A DNA stretch of 64,000 nucleotides. It comes from Bigelowiella natans CCMP2755. Taxonomy: Eukaryota > Protista > Cercozoa. Under the pieces are notes generated by a model. It was not told the DNA's origin and searched no databases. It was given only the letters and a program-made list of their open reading frames with translations. The stretch lies in contig ADNK01000544.1 of NCBI GenBank assembly GCA_000320545.1, positions 131,569 through 195,568 of the forward strand, in the 5' to 3' direction. Position 1 is the stretch's first letter; the number at the start of each line of letters is the position of its first letter. Shown here one piece after another: positions 1-13,900 of the stretch. The translations under genes and the position numbers were made by a program.

Positions 1-1736
1 TATTTCTGGTCTGTCTACGGAGTTTAAGCAAATCAGATGAGAGATAATTGAAAAAATGATTCCATGTTTGATTCGCCCCCTGACTTTCCGTATGGCATTT
101 ACCTTGAAGAACTCCCTCCAGAGGTCCCGCTGCTTTGCCCAGTTGCTGCATCCATCATCGGCTCTTGCACATTGTGGTAAAACCTACAAGGTGTCATCAT
201 AGTGAGATCTTGCACTCTTCTGTCTTCTGTATATTTATAATACCTGCGCAGTGCGTTATATCCTTCAGGGTGTGTTGAGATATTTGCCATCGACCGGTCA
301 GTATTGCGCATCATTTCCCTCATCAGAGACGGATTGGACGCCGTCTGTAAAAGGATGATGAATTACGATTTACTCTCAAAACAAAATAATTTCATGCGAA
401 TATTGAGATAAACGGTGTGCCTTCCACAGCTCACATTGACTGCTAACTACCAGCTATCACACTATCGCTTTTCTCCCAAAAAATGCAGAACCACCTGCAT
501 AGCCTGTCTGAGTGTGTTGGGGTCACTGAGGATGTGCCCAATCTGCGGATTGTTTTCGACCAGCTGCCGCATCTGAGGGTTGGCCATGATAATACCACGT
601 AGAGCTTCGGGGTTGTTCAAGATACCCTGCATGAAGGGCGAGTTCATCATCTGTTGCATCATCTGGGGATTCTGCATTAGTTGTTGCTGCATTTGCTGCA
701 TGTTCTGCATATTCATCCCGCCGCCCATCATTCCACCAAGTCCTGCGAAGGGATTTGCAGGAATGCCTCCCATGGGAGTTGTGCTTGCACCGGAAGCGCT
801 TGTTGACGCAGCTCCTCCTGTGTTACCTCCAGATGCCGGTGAGGTTCCGTTGGCAGATGTCCCTCCTCCGCTACTCGTATTTGTCGCATTCCCTTGAGAT
901 GACGTCGTTGATGACCTAAGGATGAGATATAAAATGATAAAATTCGAGGTGACAGTGTTACACAGCATATATTCGTTTCAGGTACTAGACAATACTATCT
1001 CTGGTAATTACTGCGGTGTTGGCACTGGCTGAATAACAGGCGCTTTCTTTCGTCCACGAACCAGAAGGATGGTATCGTTTTCTTTGATTTCTGGAGTGAT
1101 TATATACTATCAATGGCAATGCAATCTTCTTGTTGGAAAAAGTGTTGTTGGTGACATCACCATTGACGATAAAATTGTGCGTTGAAGTTTATTGATATAG
1201 GTAATAATTTTGATTTTAGTTAATCGATACTAAACAAGAAACGTCACTACTTATTGCACACATTAACAGATCAATCGCTACACCACCACACATGCTCTAT
1301 CTGCCCTGATCCCATTTTGGAAATTGAGTGAGAAGGATGGTATGTACATCTTACACAAGATTAGATTCGACGAAATCTTATTATACATCGAATCGGTATT
1401 TAAGGTTTATTGTTGTAGAGGTGTGGCGATGAAAACACAGTTGAAAAATAGACATACGAGACTCAGCCTATTTCAATTTTCATCCAAACTGTTATTTTCC
1501 TTATCTATCTATTAATTCTTATAGATATCATATCTTCATCAATGGTAGAAAGTACTTAGGTCATCCATTGTCTGCTCGTCCTTTAACACCCTTCCTTTGT
1601 AGATGAGCCGCTGCTCCTCTGACTTAATCTCAGATTTTTCTTGTACCTGTTTCTTTAATTCTGCCACCGCCATTTTCCCAGATACCTTGAATTCATATTT
1701 CGACCCTCCGCGGGCAGCTTTTACTTTAATATTCAT
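1..1736 (-). CDS. UBQLN: Ubiquilin / Dsk2-type ubiquitin receptor (multi-exon, 3' end runs off the window)
   Basis: Exon 1 is a UBL domain ([18 protein letters not shown]...[19 protein letters not shown]). Later exons give STI1-type Met/Gln/Pro-rich motifs ([57 protein letters not shown]). GT-AG introns. Confidence 0.95.
363..442. repeat. 80-bp segment of a ubiquilin intron; exact inverted copy at 2107-2186
   Basis: The reverse complement of 363-442 matches 2107-2186 base for base (cagtcaatgtgagctgtgg...gagagtaaatcgtaa). Confidence 0.95.
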
Positions 1737-2106
1737 CTCTATGCTCGCTTAGTGTGTGGGTAGAAGGGCTCCTACGTAAGGAAAATGCGAGGTAGATCTA
1801 GGTTAGACACAAGCTGACGCAGGCTTTTCAGACACGATTAGCCAAGTATGTTGGAAGCATCCTTCTAAACCCCTACAATTTGAAAGTACGTCTCGTACAT
1901 GCTCTTGTCGTATTCTACATTGTCACTCACTTCCATTGGGAAAGCAGCTCGCTTCGTGTCTGATACAGGAAAGAAATTAGAAGACAGAAATTCAACATGT
2001 TTCATGTGTACGTCATTCTTGATAGTTTGCCGTCAAAACTTAATACAACCCTGAATTAAAGTCACAAATGCAGTCAAAGTCAGAGAGCTTGAAAGACTGT
2101 TGTTTT

Positions 2107-2186
2107 CAGTCAATGTGAGCTGTGGAAGGCACACCGTTTATCTCAATATTCGCATGAAATTATTTTGTTTTGAGAGTAAATCGTAA
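2107..2186. repeat. Inverted copy of the ubiquilin intron segment 363-442
   Basis: Direct sequence comparison. Confidence 0.95.
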
Positions 2187-2569
2187 ACTTTTAAGAATTT
2201 GGCCCAAGTTTTCTGGAATATCGGAAGATAGAATAAAACTGAGTGGCTAGCAAATAAAGATCAAAATCTCAGATCTCTAGGATTTTAAAATGTCCAGAAC
2301 ATGTTGGTGAATTATCACTTATTTCATGCAACCACGATAATGTGTGTCAAATTGTCCTGAACAAAACTATCGAATTCCTGCGAAAATGACACTAAGAAAT
2401 AATATGATCTGATTTTTTTTTAAAGGTCATTTTCTGAACGAATGTTTAAGAATCTAGAGAGTTCCTTGCTTTTGCGCTTGCTTCTGTTCAATTTCTTACA
2501 ATCTAGACAATATAAATAATTTTTCAAGTCGCACAAAAGCTTAGAGAGCACGTTTTAAAGGAAGGCTTC

Positions 2570-4000
2570 GAGATGCCCTTCGTTTCTCGAACTACAGGGA
2601 GGAGATCAATTACATGCATGTTTCGTATGTTTTAAGGTTAGTATGCTGAATTTAGGGAAAAACGCCCTGTTTCCCTTCCACTTCTCGTGGTTGATTCATT
2701 CTTGGGTTCCGAGCCAATGGTTGACGAGACGACGATGGTGGTGATGATCTTCGAGAACTGATCACGAACTATGGAATAGCGGAATAGGAGGAAAGCGATT
2801 GGAAGAGAAGTTCGTCACTATTCCCTTAATCAACCGTGCCCCTCATAGATGATATGATGATGTCCAGGTAGTGGTTCTCGCTTGTCCCAGGTCCGAATGG
2901 TATGAGTCTAGTCATCAGCGATTTGCTCGGCGGAGGTGAACTTCCGCTCCTCCCTAATCCCTGTGGATTAGCTATTCCGAGCATTGTGAGCAGCGATAAC
3001 ATGAGGGTTATTCTATTTTCTTGCCGATTTCATCCAGCTACATTCTACTCATGCAGCCGCATATATCACAGAGACACCTTCACAGCCAACTGCCAAAGGA
3101 TAAGAGGGCGAAGGTAACTGTTGATTATTGATCACTAAAGAATTTTACACTTAAGAATTTTAAATACAGCGTAGTCTTTTGCATGGGTTAAGGGGAGGCG
3201 GAGACCTTCTAGAGGAGCCTCCACAGAACGAACGTAGGGTATTTGAAAAGGCCAATTTGATTCAAAGTCTGTTTGCACAATGGCTTGATCAGGCGACGCA
3301 GGTCCGTTTTTATTTCAAATTAGTGCCTAATAGGTGTGTTAAGAACATGGTAATGTTTGCTGCCGTCAGTTATGCGGTGTATTGAGCTTCGTCACTACAG
3401 TCGCGTACCTGTTCCAACTTCTTGGCAAAGAATTAGTGAACCAAGCGCGAAGACGTACAAAGCTGCAGCTACTGCTTTTCTTGCCAACACTGTGAGTTCA
3501 CAAAACAAAAGGTGGAAAGAGGAAATTCTTTTACAAGAAATATCTCTTTTTCTCCTTTTTTTAAAATGGTTTATTAGGATATTCTTGTTGCAGCTCGTCC
3601 AAAGATTGCCATCAGCCCTAGGCTTCAGATTTCCTATGCGACGACTAGCACTAGAAGGCGGTCCCCTTAAGATACTAACACACGAATTATAGCAGTATTA
3701 AACGAATAATTGCCACTTAGTCCATTCTGCTAGACGGGTGGTGGGAAACGTGATCCAAAACCGAAGGACGACACTAGGTTCCGTAGAATTTCCATCATTT
3801 CAAGAAAGAGCATATAATATTATATACGCTTCGATTGTAAATTAATCAGGTGATATTTTGCCACCGCCAGTTACTGTATTTCTGAGGGCATTTGGGGTTT
3901 GGGGATTCATGGTGTACTCTTGGCTAGTCCTCGGAACTAATTATCTTTCAAACTCTTCTTGAAGATTCCCTCTCGAGGAGGCTTTCGATCTTTGTTGTCA
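2570..4000 (+). pseudogene. Spliced gene or decayed gene of unknown function
   Basis: Canonical-looking introns on + (about 3114-3169, 3302-3369, 3492-3593) separate exon-like segments. I could not join them into one open frame and recognise no domain. Confidence 0.3.
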
Positions 4001-4319
4001 AACGTCAAACTGTGATCGAAGAAATTAGAATTATAGGATGATATATTAAGAACCGAGCTCGTAGCATATCTTTACAGCTAAGATAGAAAAAATGTTCATG
4101 AGTGCTTGCTACTGTAAATAATAGCGGTAGTCTTCAAGAACTGACTCACGAAAACGTAGTGTTCACTGGTTTGTTCTTTCATCGTTGACACAAGTGCCTC
4201 CGACCGATGCTTAAATACGTTCAGATGATTCAAGTGACTATGATTTTCACCCAAAAATGTACCCGGTGCTAAAATAGCGGTGACACTGCTTTGGGAGTCG
4301 TTGTGATGCATTTGGCTAA

Positions 4320-4720
4320 TTGCTACACGTGACGAGCAACTACAAGCGTGTTGTAGGCAATGTGAATTTGATGCGATGAACAAACAGATCGAATGCATTC
4401 TACCGTGCCGTTTTTGTGCACATCAGATCTGCCCAGTTTGTGCGACGGTTGTACAACGGTGGCCACATTGCACGCGCCGGTGTGGTGGACATCACCAAGG
4501 CCAGCATGCGTGCGTGTGTGACCTGTGTCGCACTGATGCTCTCAGTGCTACGCAAACCTTTTGGAATGCCAAATGAACTAGATGCAAAATGGATGCCATG
4601 GCAAATTGATGAGCAGATTGAACCATGTTGAATGGCTGACAGGTGTTCATCTGTCATCAAACAACTAAAATTTCAATCATTGCATGATGACGTAGCTCTT
4701 CTAGTCTCCTTGAAGCCAAA
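4320..4720. other. TpA-depleted island (surviving TA mostly CTAN/NTAG)
   Basis: Few TA, nearly all in ctac/gtag/ctag/ctaa; rich in tgca/catg. Confidence 0.7.
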
Positions 4721-4974
4721 ATATAATTTTGCACAGCTTGATCTTCAATTTTGTTCATCCATCTGTCCTAATGCACGTGGAATCGTTCATCATGCAAATG
4801 ATTCTCGATTTCTGTTCATTTGCAAGTTTTCTCGGTAAATTGTGTGATGTTTTCCCAATCATTCACAGTTTACTCCACATGTTTTTGTAACCGGAGGCAC
4901 CTATGTTAGACGTCACAATTTAATTCAAAAATTTTGGTTCAGACAGTTTTCGTGAGATGCACAAAATATTCGGG

Positions 4975-5650
4975 TTACTCGGCCTGGCAACTAGTTCCAT
5001 TCTGTACCAATCATAAGTAGCGCAGGCACAAGCCAAACTCTAATAAGAAATGTGTCAAGACACAGATTGAAGCAACAAGCATGCCAATTAATCTACCTCG
5101 CAGCCATTCTGGCATCTTGGGCGGAAAAACCATTCAATCGATGTTCATGGATTCAAACTAAGAGGAATAGATCGTAGTCTAATGTAAGACCGACAAGCAC
5201 TGGGGTTATCATGATAGGTGCAATAAAATTTAGGCCATCCCCTTGTGCTTCCGGAATTCTAATGTCTTGGAGTAATACCGCTATAATTCCAAAAACCCAT
5301 GCCAACGAGAAAGCTACGGTCACAATGAGGCGGATATTCATTGTAAGAGACTTGAACGAAATCGAAGTTAGCAGTAGGACAACGCTGACGAGTGCCCGAC
5401 ATTTATTATGGAGCCGATTTGTACATAGAAATGGGTGCCATACCCTCAAAGTAAACACTTCCACGTATCGACGACCATACTGGTGGACAGCAGACAGCAG
5501 ACCAAGTTTGTTGCGCATGTTCACAACAGTGAAGGTGGGAAATCGGCTGTAGAGAAATGTTCATTAGACATCAACTGGACCGTCTGCCTCCGCCAACATG
5601 ACGTGTAAGTCGTAGGGTATAAATGGCACGGATCCGAACATTAGCTAAAA
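4975..5650 (-). pseudogene. MMPL/RND-family transporter C-terminal fragment, pseudogenised
   Basis: PVLVGLTLDYDLFLLV*IHE is the DYxxFLxxRxxE motif with Arg CGA->TGA. DTFLIRVWLVPALLMIGTEWN*LPG is the MMPL C-terminal LVPAL...WNWxP motif with TGG->TAG. Further stops and a frameshift. Confidence 0.8.
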
Positions 5651-6344
5651 ACGCCACTGCTTTCTTTGAAGCAAAAAATTATTCGAATGTTGTTTTGACT
5701 GACGACATATTTTTGGAGACTAAAACCAGCACATGACTTGAGACTCATTATTCCGCATTTGTGTAGTTGAAGTCATGGCATTTTAGTTGGACGTCATTCA
5801 GGATAAGTTCCATCCTGAACGATTTTACGCATGTCCACGAAACAAGCGCATCGTTTCAGAATCCATCTGTTCGCACAGATCTACCAAAACATTAAAATTC
5901 CCATAATTGTGCTCCTACGTCTTCAACCAGATCTATCTCAAAGATGAAAATGGAAACTCTCGTCACAAATTTGTGATGTGAATTAGCTTACGAATCTCTT
6001 CATTTGTGATTCTGTTGCGATGTCTGACTCTGCCCCAGGTGAATGTTTGATGATGCATTATTCATGCATTTTTTGATATTTATGAATATAAGTAATGGAA
6101 ATTTCAAAGAGCTATGAATACAAATATTCTTGATATGGATAATGTTATTCCCAATCCCAATGCTTGAAATGCACGTTGAGAATTCGCAAAAGAACGTTTT
6201 TTGCATGCAGAAGCAACCGAAAAGGATCTAAGGCTTATTGACGTCACAGAAGAGATAAAAAATGTCAATTCACCTGAGAGTGGGACACCTCTTAAATCTC
6301 CTATCACACCGTCGCCTGCCACATTGAAGCCAAACAAGCTAAAG

Positions 6345-8342
6345 ATGAAGACAGAAAAGATCATTTTGATAGAAAAGATCACATTATCTATGAAGAAGGA
6401 AGAAATACCACTGGTATGTAATTGGAAAAGGGAATTCAACTAGAATCCTGTAGTTCTTATTTTTTTTCTCTCGTTTCTCTCGAACAGAACGGTCTTTTCC
6501 TTGCTGCGAAGTCAAACGACACCAAGAAATTGAAAGCACTCATTGAAGTAAATTATATATGAAATATTAATTTATGTGTCGACATTAAAAATGTCATCGA
6601 TTAATATTGATCACCAGAGCAAAGAAGATCCAAATCTAGAGGATGAAGATAATTGGGTTGTCAAAAAAAAATTTATAGTAACAGTTTGAACTAATAATGA
6701 GTCGTTTCAGACACCTCTCCACTGGGCAGTTAAATATCGCAACATTGAAGCCGTAGAGCTTCTTATCGAAGCAAAGGTGATGCATTAATTGAAAACAAAT
6801 TTTGATCGTAAGCTTATATTTTATAATTTTTTGTTAGACGAAGCCAAACGAGAAAAATGATTATGGCCAAGTAGGATTTATAAATTGACCCTGAAGTCAC
6901 ACTGACAATATGATAACTCTCTCCAGTCACCTTTGCATCTAGCTGTTGAAAAGCAAGGAGGAAGCTATGAAATTGCGAAGTTAGAGTTATACTAAGTAAA
7001 TGGGTAAAATAATGAAGACGAATTTGAAATATTTATAGAAAATTATTGGAAGCTGGTGCAGATCCAAATCTTCGAGATAAGGCGCACATCACCCCTTACG
7101 AGATCACGATTCTTGAGAAAAACATACCCATGATAAATCTGCTTCGTAAATCAAATGCAGACCCTGGTAGGTCGTTTTTAAATTGAAATCTTTCCATATG
7201 TAGTAACATAAAACCTAAAAGGTACGTTCAAACGACGAGTTCTTCCTGTCAATTCTTCAATCCGAGGTATATCTAATATTCAAACATAGAAGACCGTCTT
7301 AAATCATATTTTGATTTCAATTTGCTCTAGCAATGCGAGTGATGAATCGAGCAAGAGCAAAGCTCCAAGTTTCTTGTAATTAGTCATACTTTATGCTATG
7401 TTGAAGAGATTTAGAAGGTTTAAACCATTGATCTTTTAGATAAAGATAGTAGTGGGCGCGTTACAAAGTTAGAACTAGGACCTGGAAACGCTGAAAGGTA
7501 ATATTCTTCAGAATCATAAACCCAAATACTTAAATATTGTGATACTATAGAATTCCAGTAAACTGTGAAATAGTGATGCGACCTAAAGGACAGGTTTGCT
7601 ATCAATTATTATCATCCTATATTTTTTGAGTTTTTCACTTTTCCACACTAAGGCCAAAAAAGAGAATCCCGACGATAATTCGGAAATAGATTTCAAGTTT
7701 CTTAAAAGCGACAGGTAGACATAAGTTTTATACTATTGTACGATTATATTATAATGTATTACATTTTTAAAGGAGGGTCCTGATCTGTAATTTGAAGGTA
7801 GATACACAATTTCCCGACTCGAATTTATTGTATTATTATGGCTATTATTTTTCTGACTTAACATGAGATTGGGCTGCAAGAGTCCTATTATAACAGGCAT
7901 GCAGTGCATGGTATATGTTACCCCTAAGGACCACCCAAGTTCCTTATTCTGCAGAAAATTGAATTTAATACACCCGGTTTCTATGCAATCACGGCGTGTA
8001 ATAATGTCTTCTGAAGCAAAGAAGGTTGTTCAGTCATAGGATGCGTAACAATTTTACCTAATTTATATATGCTCGCAGCTGGCATCTTTTCAGCAAGAAC
8101 ACGATGTCCAGGTGGAATTAAGGATGATATGTTTTGGATCATGGGGTACGTATGGTCTACTTTTCTTTTTTAACCTCGTCGTTCGTCTGAATCAGACATA
8201 ACAAATAGGTCCAACAGAGAGTCCTGAATCAGAGGCGCATCGTCTGTTTCTAAAGTACGCATTGCATCAGCAGGGCGGGAAGAATAGCTTCAAGTCAAAT
8301 ACGATGAAATCAAAAAAAGATATTCCACAGTCCAGTGAGTAG
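6345..8342 (+). CDS. Ankyrin-repeat protein (many short introns)
   Basis: Spliced exons give LFLAAKSNDTKKLKALIE / DPNLEDEDNW-TPLHWAVKYRNIEAVELLIEAK / PNEKNDYGQ-SPLHLAV / KLLEAGADPNLRDKAHITP. Last exon ends IPQSSE*. Start codon uncertain (6345 or 6390). Confidence 0.88.
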
Positions 8343-8659
8343 GAATCTTAAATATAAACCATAATTTTTAGATGTAAAAATATTGCTTGCATGCGATGCA
8401 AAAATTATAGCTAGTTGCTAATTTGTAGTAAATTTATTCGAATAATTGGATTTAAGCACATTATTACATGATTAGCAAATTGAGCCCCATAGTTCCATAA
8501 TCCGCCATGCACATAAATTAAATGAGGCATCACTCCCTTTCTGATGGCTACTTTCTTAAATGCCACATGTTGCAATCAAAAAGTTGGATCATGACACGAT
8601 GATGACAATCAACGACATCTTTAACGAATTTACAAATGGTGAGAAAGGAGTCGAAATGG

Positions 8660-9295
8660 ACAGGATGTACTAGTGCATCCGTCCGTTCACTCGTTCCTCT
8701 GTTCGCTTCTTGTCCTTGTTCATTTTGGACTCAGTGTGGGCTGAGCTTGCTAGCTTGATCACCTTCTTCTGAGAGTGTAATCTCATCTTTCACCCACTCT
8801 AGCACCACTAGTCTAGCCCGGCTAGCCGGCTAACACGATGTGGAATGCACTTCTAGACTTTGCGATGCATCTCTAGCAGATCTCTAGATCTAGCTAGCTC
8901 TACTACAGTCTAGAGCTAGCTAGGCATGCTGATGCCGACACATTTTGGCATTGAATGAGAGTGCACAGCTAGCTCGATGGATCTAAACACATGTGATTCC
9001 AGCACTGCACATCTAAATGTGTCAAACATGCCTAGCTAGCTAGATGCCCATCATTTTTTACTGGTTCAGATGCTTTGTTAGTTTGCGCTCCGACACTCTC
9101 TACTACTAGTACTAGTCTAGACTCTAGTGCTCACATCTAGAATCTAGACTTTTTTGTCGTGTCGTAGCAGTGTGCATCAGCAGCATGCAGATCAATAGAA
9201 CTGCCTGCGTCGTTGCGAACTGCATTAGGCCTTGTTCATTTTGACCGAAACAGCACTTTTGGCATCATGCATTTGAATTTACATGATTCTAGGGA
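8660..9295. other. TpA-depleted, CTAG-saturated island in a tail-to-tail gap
   Basis: More than 20 CTAG within about 8790-9150, including tandem CTAGCTAGCTAG; other TA contexts rare. Confidence 0.85.
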
Positions 9296-9421
9296 ATCAC
9301 GAGTAGATGTACAACAGAAGTGCAGTATCATCACTTCACCATATTTCAGGTATGATTAACTCGAAAACAGAACCAAAAAAGCGCAAGCTAGAACAGTGAA
9401 AATCAAAATTTACTTTTGCAT

Positions 9422-10661
<1,240 letters not shown>

Positions 10662-10965
10662 TGAAAAGATATCAATTGGTGTCCAATTAAGTCGGAATTA
10701 AGGCCAAAATGCTCATGAGACAACAGCATTAAAGCAGATAATGAAAAAGGCAGCACTCACATTTTGACGGTCGAGAGGTTGATTGTGCTGATCACAAATG
10801 CAAGGATTTTCCATCTGCGACGATATGATGTACCATGTCGCGCGGATATATGTGCTCACATTTAGAAGTGCTGATTGCTCGTTGGGTAGGACCTTGAAGT
10901 AACATCACAGAACAACCAGAATAATGTTACATGATAAGATGAAATTATGATAAGAACTCATAGAC

Positions 10966-13900
10966 ATGAAGTCTGAGGAAAGGAAAGGGATGGAAGACTG
11001 CAGCGAAAATGAAGATGAAGAATCAAACAATGACTTTGTTTCGAAATTTAAAGAGCTCACAGTTTCTGTTAAGGTTTTCCATGATCTAGCGCATTAGTTA
11101 TTTTATCAAATTATGAAGCTCAATCATTTCAGGAAGGGGAGTCTCATCATGAGCGCCCTTATTCACATCGATATTCAATTCCAAGTGATGTTGCAATAAG
11201 GTATGAGTAATAGTAGTATTGAGTACCTCGTACCAGACAAAATACACAACGTTGTCTCTTGATCGCATAGCATCTTTGATTTGTTGCAGGTCCTTGCACA
11301 TTGACAGAGATACTACTGCAGATACAGAATTTCGGTCCCGAAGTAAAACAACCCACCCATTTGAACTTGAATCCTATCCAAGGTCCTCACACCTGGGTCT
11401 CAATAATGAACGAAACAAGTCGACATTTTTCATTCACACGGCACTTAGTTTTGAGATGCTTGCTGTCGGGTCTACGTCTTACTACCCTCCCGTTCCACCG
11501 TCAACGCCAAATCCTGCGAAAAAATTGGGAACATATCTGGAGGAAATGCAGTAAGCTTCCTTTTCATCTTATGGAGTCGCAAGGTAATAACGACGGAAAT
11601 GTTGAAAGAGGGGCAAAGAACGAAAAGTGCAAGGAAGAAGAAACACCAATGCGTGATGAAACAAGATATTCTACATCGTATGATGGGCTAACCTTATCGG
11701 TACGATATCAAAGATGTAGTTTGGTGATTTGACAAGATATGTGAATTCATAGATACGAAATAAAGATCCTAGGGCACCGCCGGTTTCTCCTCTTAATTCG
11801 ATATCTAACTTTGGGCCTTCCGGTAGCCACGAATCATTACCACCACAGGTAGTTGTATTTACTTCATTTTCTTCATACCTTATTACCATACACCTTGGAA
11901 CAACAGGTGACACACCAGGTTTCACTTGCAAGTCGGAATTCAGATACTGTATCTTCAGTCGCAATGTAATGTGATTAAAATCCATTCAACAAAATTGAAC
12001 TGTATCCTATACTGCAGGTCGGATTTTCGTCAGCAAATAGAAGCACCGGAGAACTCGATAGCATCGGTTAACATGTCTGTAAACTCAAGCATAAGTGATC
12101 TGAGCAGTATTTCGAAGGTTGTCAAATTTGAGATAGAACTTTATTTGGACATCCCATACATGCATCAACACTTTAAAAAAAAGGTGGCATATCTGTCCCC
12201 CAAAACTCCTAAATCGCCCTCTAGATCAAAATCAAGTAAACGCGATGTTTCAGCGGAGGTCATACAATATGTGAAATAAATTATATATATTTTTTTACGA
12301 TGCAATGATGCAGTGTTAACACGTACTACGTAGGAACCAGGTGAGCTAAAAAATGGGAGTGCCATTTCTGGTAATCAAAAGTTCAAAGACAGAAAAAGCT
12401 CGCACCCTTTCGGTAATAACAGCAACAGAAAGCACCGAAAGAAAAATTTTTGGATATGGGACGGTTTTGCAATCAAAGATGGGCTTCTGAAGAAGAGAAG
12501 CCCTGGGATGTTGAAGGTCTTACTATTTGATCCAAATCCGCTATATTTATTGCAAGTATTTCAAATCACAGCAATGGCAACAAAGATTTTTTTATCTTAA
12601 GAACGACAAGCTATATTACTTCAAAGAGGTGGTTTAGCTTTTGCCATAAACAGGATAAAACTCAGGATTCTATATCTAAATCAGAAAGCCTATCGACCGT
12701 CGGGATGCATAGACCTTCGCACCGTATTATTATATTGAAATTATACTTATCACGGAATGTAATTTTGTGCTGTGACAGATCTCTAAAGTCATAGACCATG
12801 ACAGAGATGTCAATAGGTGAATCAAAACAAACTTGACGGTAGGTTTGACCCAGACATAACTATTGTCAGGTTTAAGATACTAGTGAAGAAGCGAGTGTAT
12901 GATATCAAAGCGGAAACCAGGAGCTCAAAGGAGGTATAATCATGATGAAGTTACTTCATAGCATCTCAGAATTTTTCTGTACAAGGATTGGATGCGATGT
13001 ATTAATGGGAATCGCACGTCCTTGTTAAAGGTCGTGTAAATAAATTTTAAAAATTAAGGTGCTTGACATAAACCCATGCACAGTTGACTCGCCCTGTAGA
13101 AATAAGATGGCAACAAAATACAACTTGGAATCCTGATGGTCCAGATGGCAGGCCCTCATCCGCGTCGGAAATGAAGCGGTATCAAATCAAGGGGAATTTC
13201 TAAACTTGTTTTGTTGCCTGATGGTGTAATATCTTTTGAATAAAAGATCTCTGCTGTCCATAAGCTGGAGAAATTATCTGAAAGTATGACGTTTCGAGTT
13301 TAAGGGTCCATCAATACACTTATAATTTCCTTTGATTAGGTTGCAAAAACTGGAGATTTGTTTCTTTTCGAAACAGCTAGTATTCGAGGAAGGTGTTCGT
13401 ATTCTAGATAGATGTGTCATACATAACACAATATTTGATACACAAGATAAGTTAAGGTGTTAAGGCAATAGCTGCTAAATGCAATATAAATTGAGGGCAT
13501 GTATATGAGAAAGTCAATAGAATATTATTCTCAAATTTATAATCAGTTTAATTCGGACTGCTACACTGAGTCGCTACGATCATGTTGCTGTTGCTCTTAA
13601 ATTTGGAAGCTCAAAGTCAAAAGACCAACCAATTTCAATAGGTATCTTATATTTGCTATCACGATGTAAGATATGAAAATTCTATACTGACAATGTGTAA
13701 AGTTGGCATAAGTTTAGATTATTGAAAGAATTTTCCCTTTGTTGAACACTTGCTATAGGAGTGCTGGAAGCTACGGGAAACATGGTACATTATGATTCCT
13801 GTACGAATTTTGACGGGAGCAATCGAATATTTGAAATATACTAATAGGGTGTTCGAATTCACAACTTCACTGGATTTGCACGGTCTTGGCATCAACAGTG

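Noticed and set aside
580-897. Plus-strand Cys/Ile-rich ORF
   Set aside because: Antisense shadow of the Met/Gln-rich ubiquilin exon.
8790-9150. CRISPR-like array or regular tandem repeat
   Set aside because: No constant repeat or spacer length; only scattered CTAG tetramers in eukaryotic DNA.
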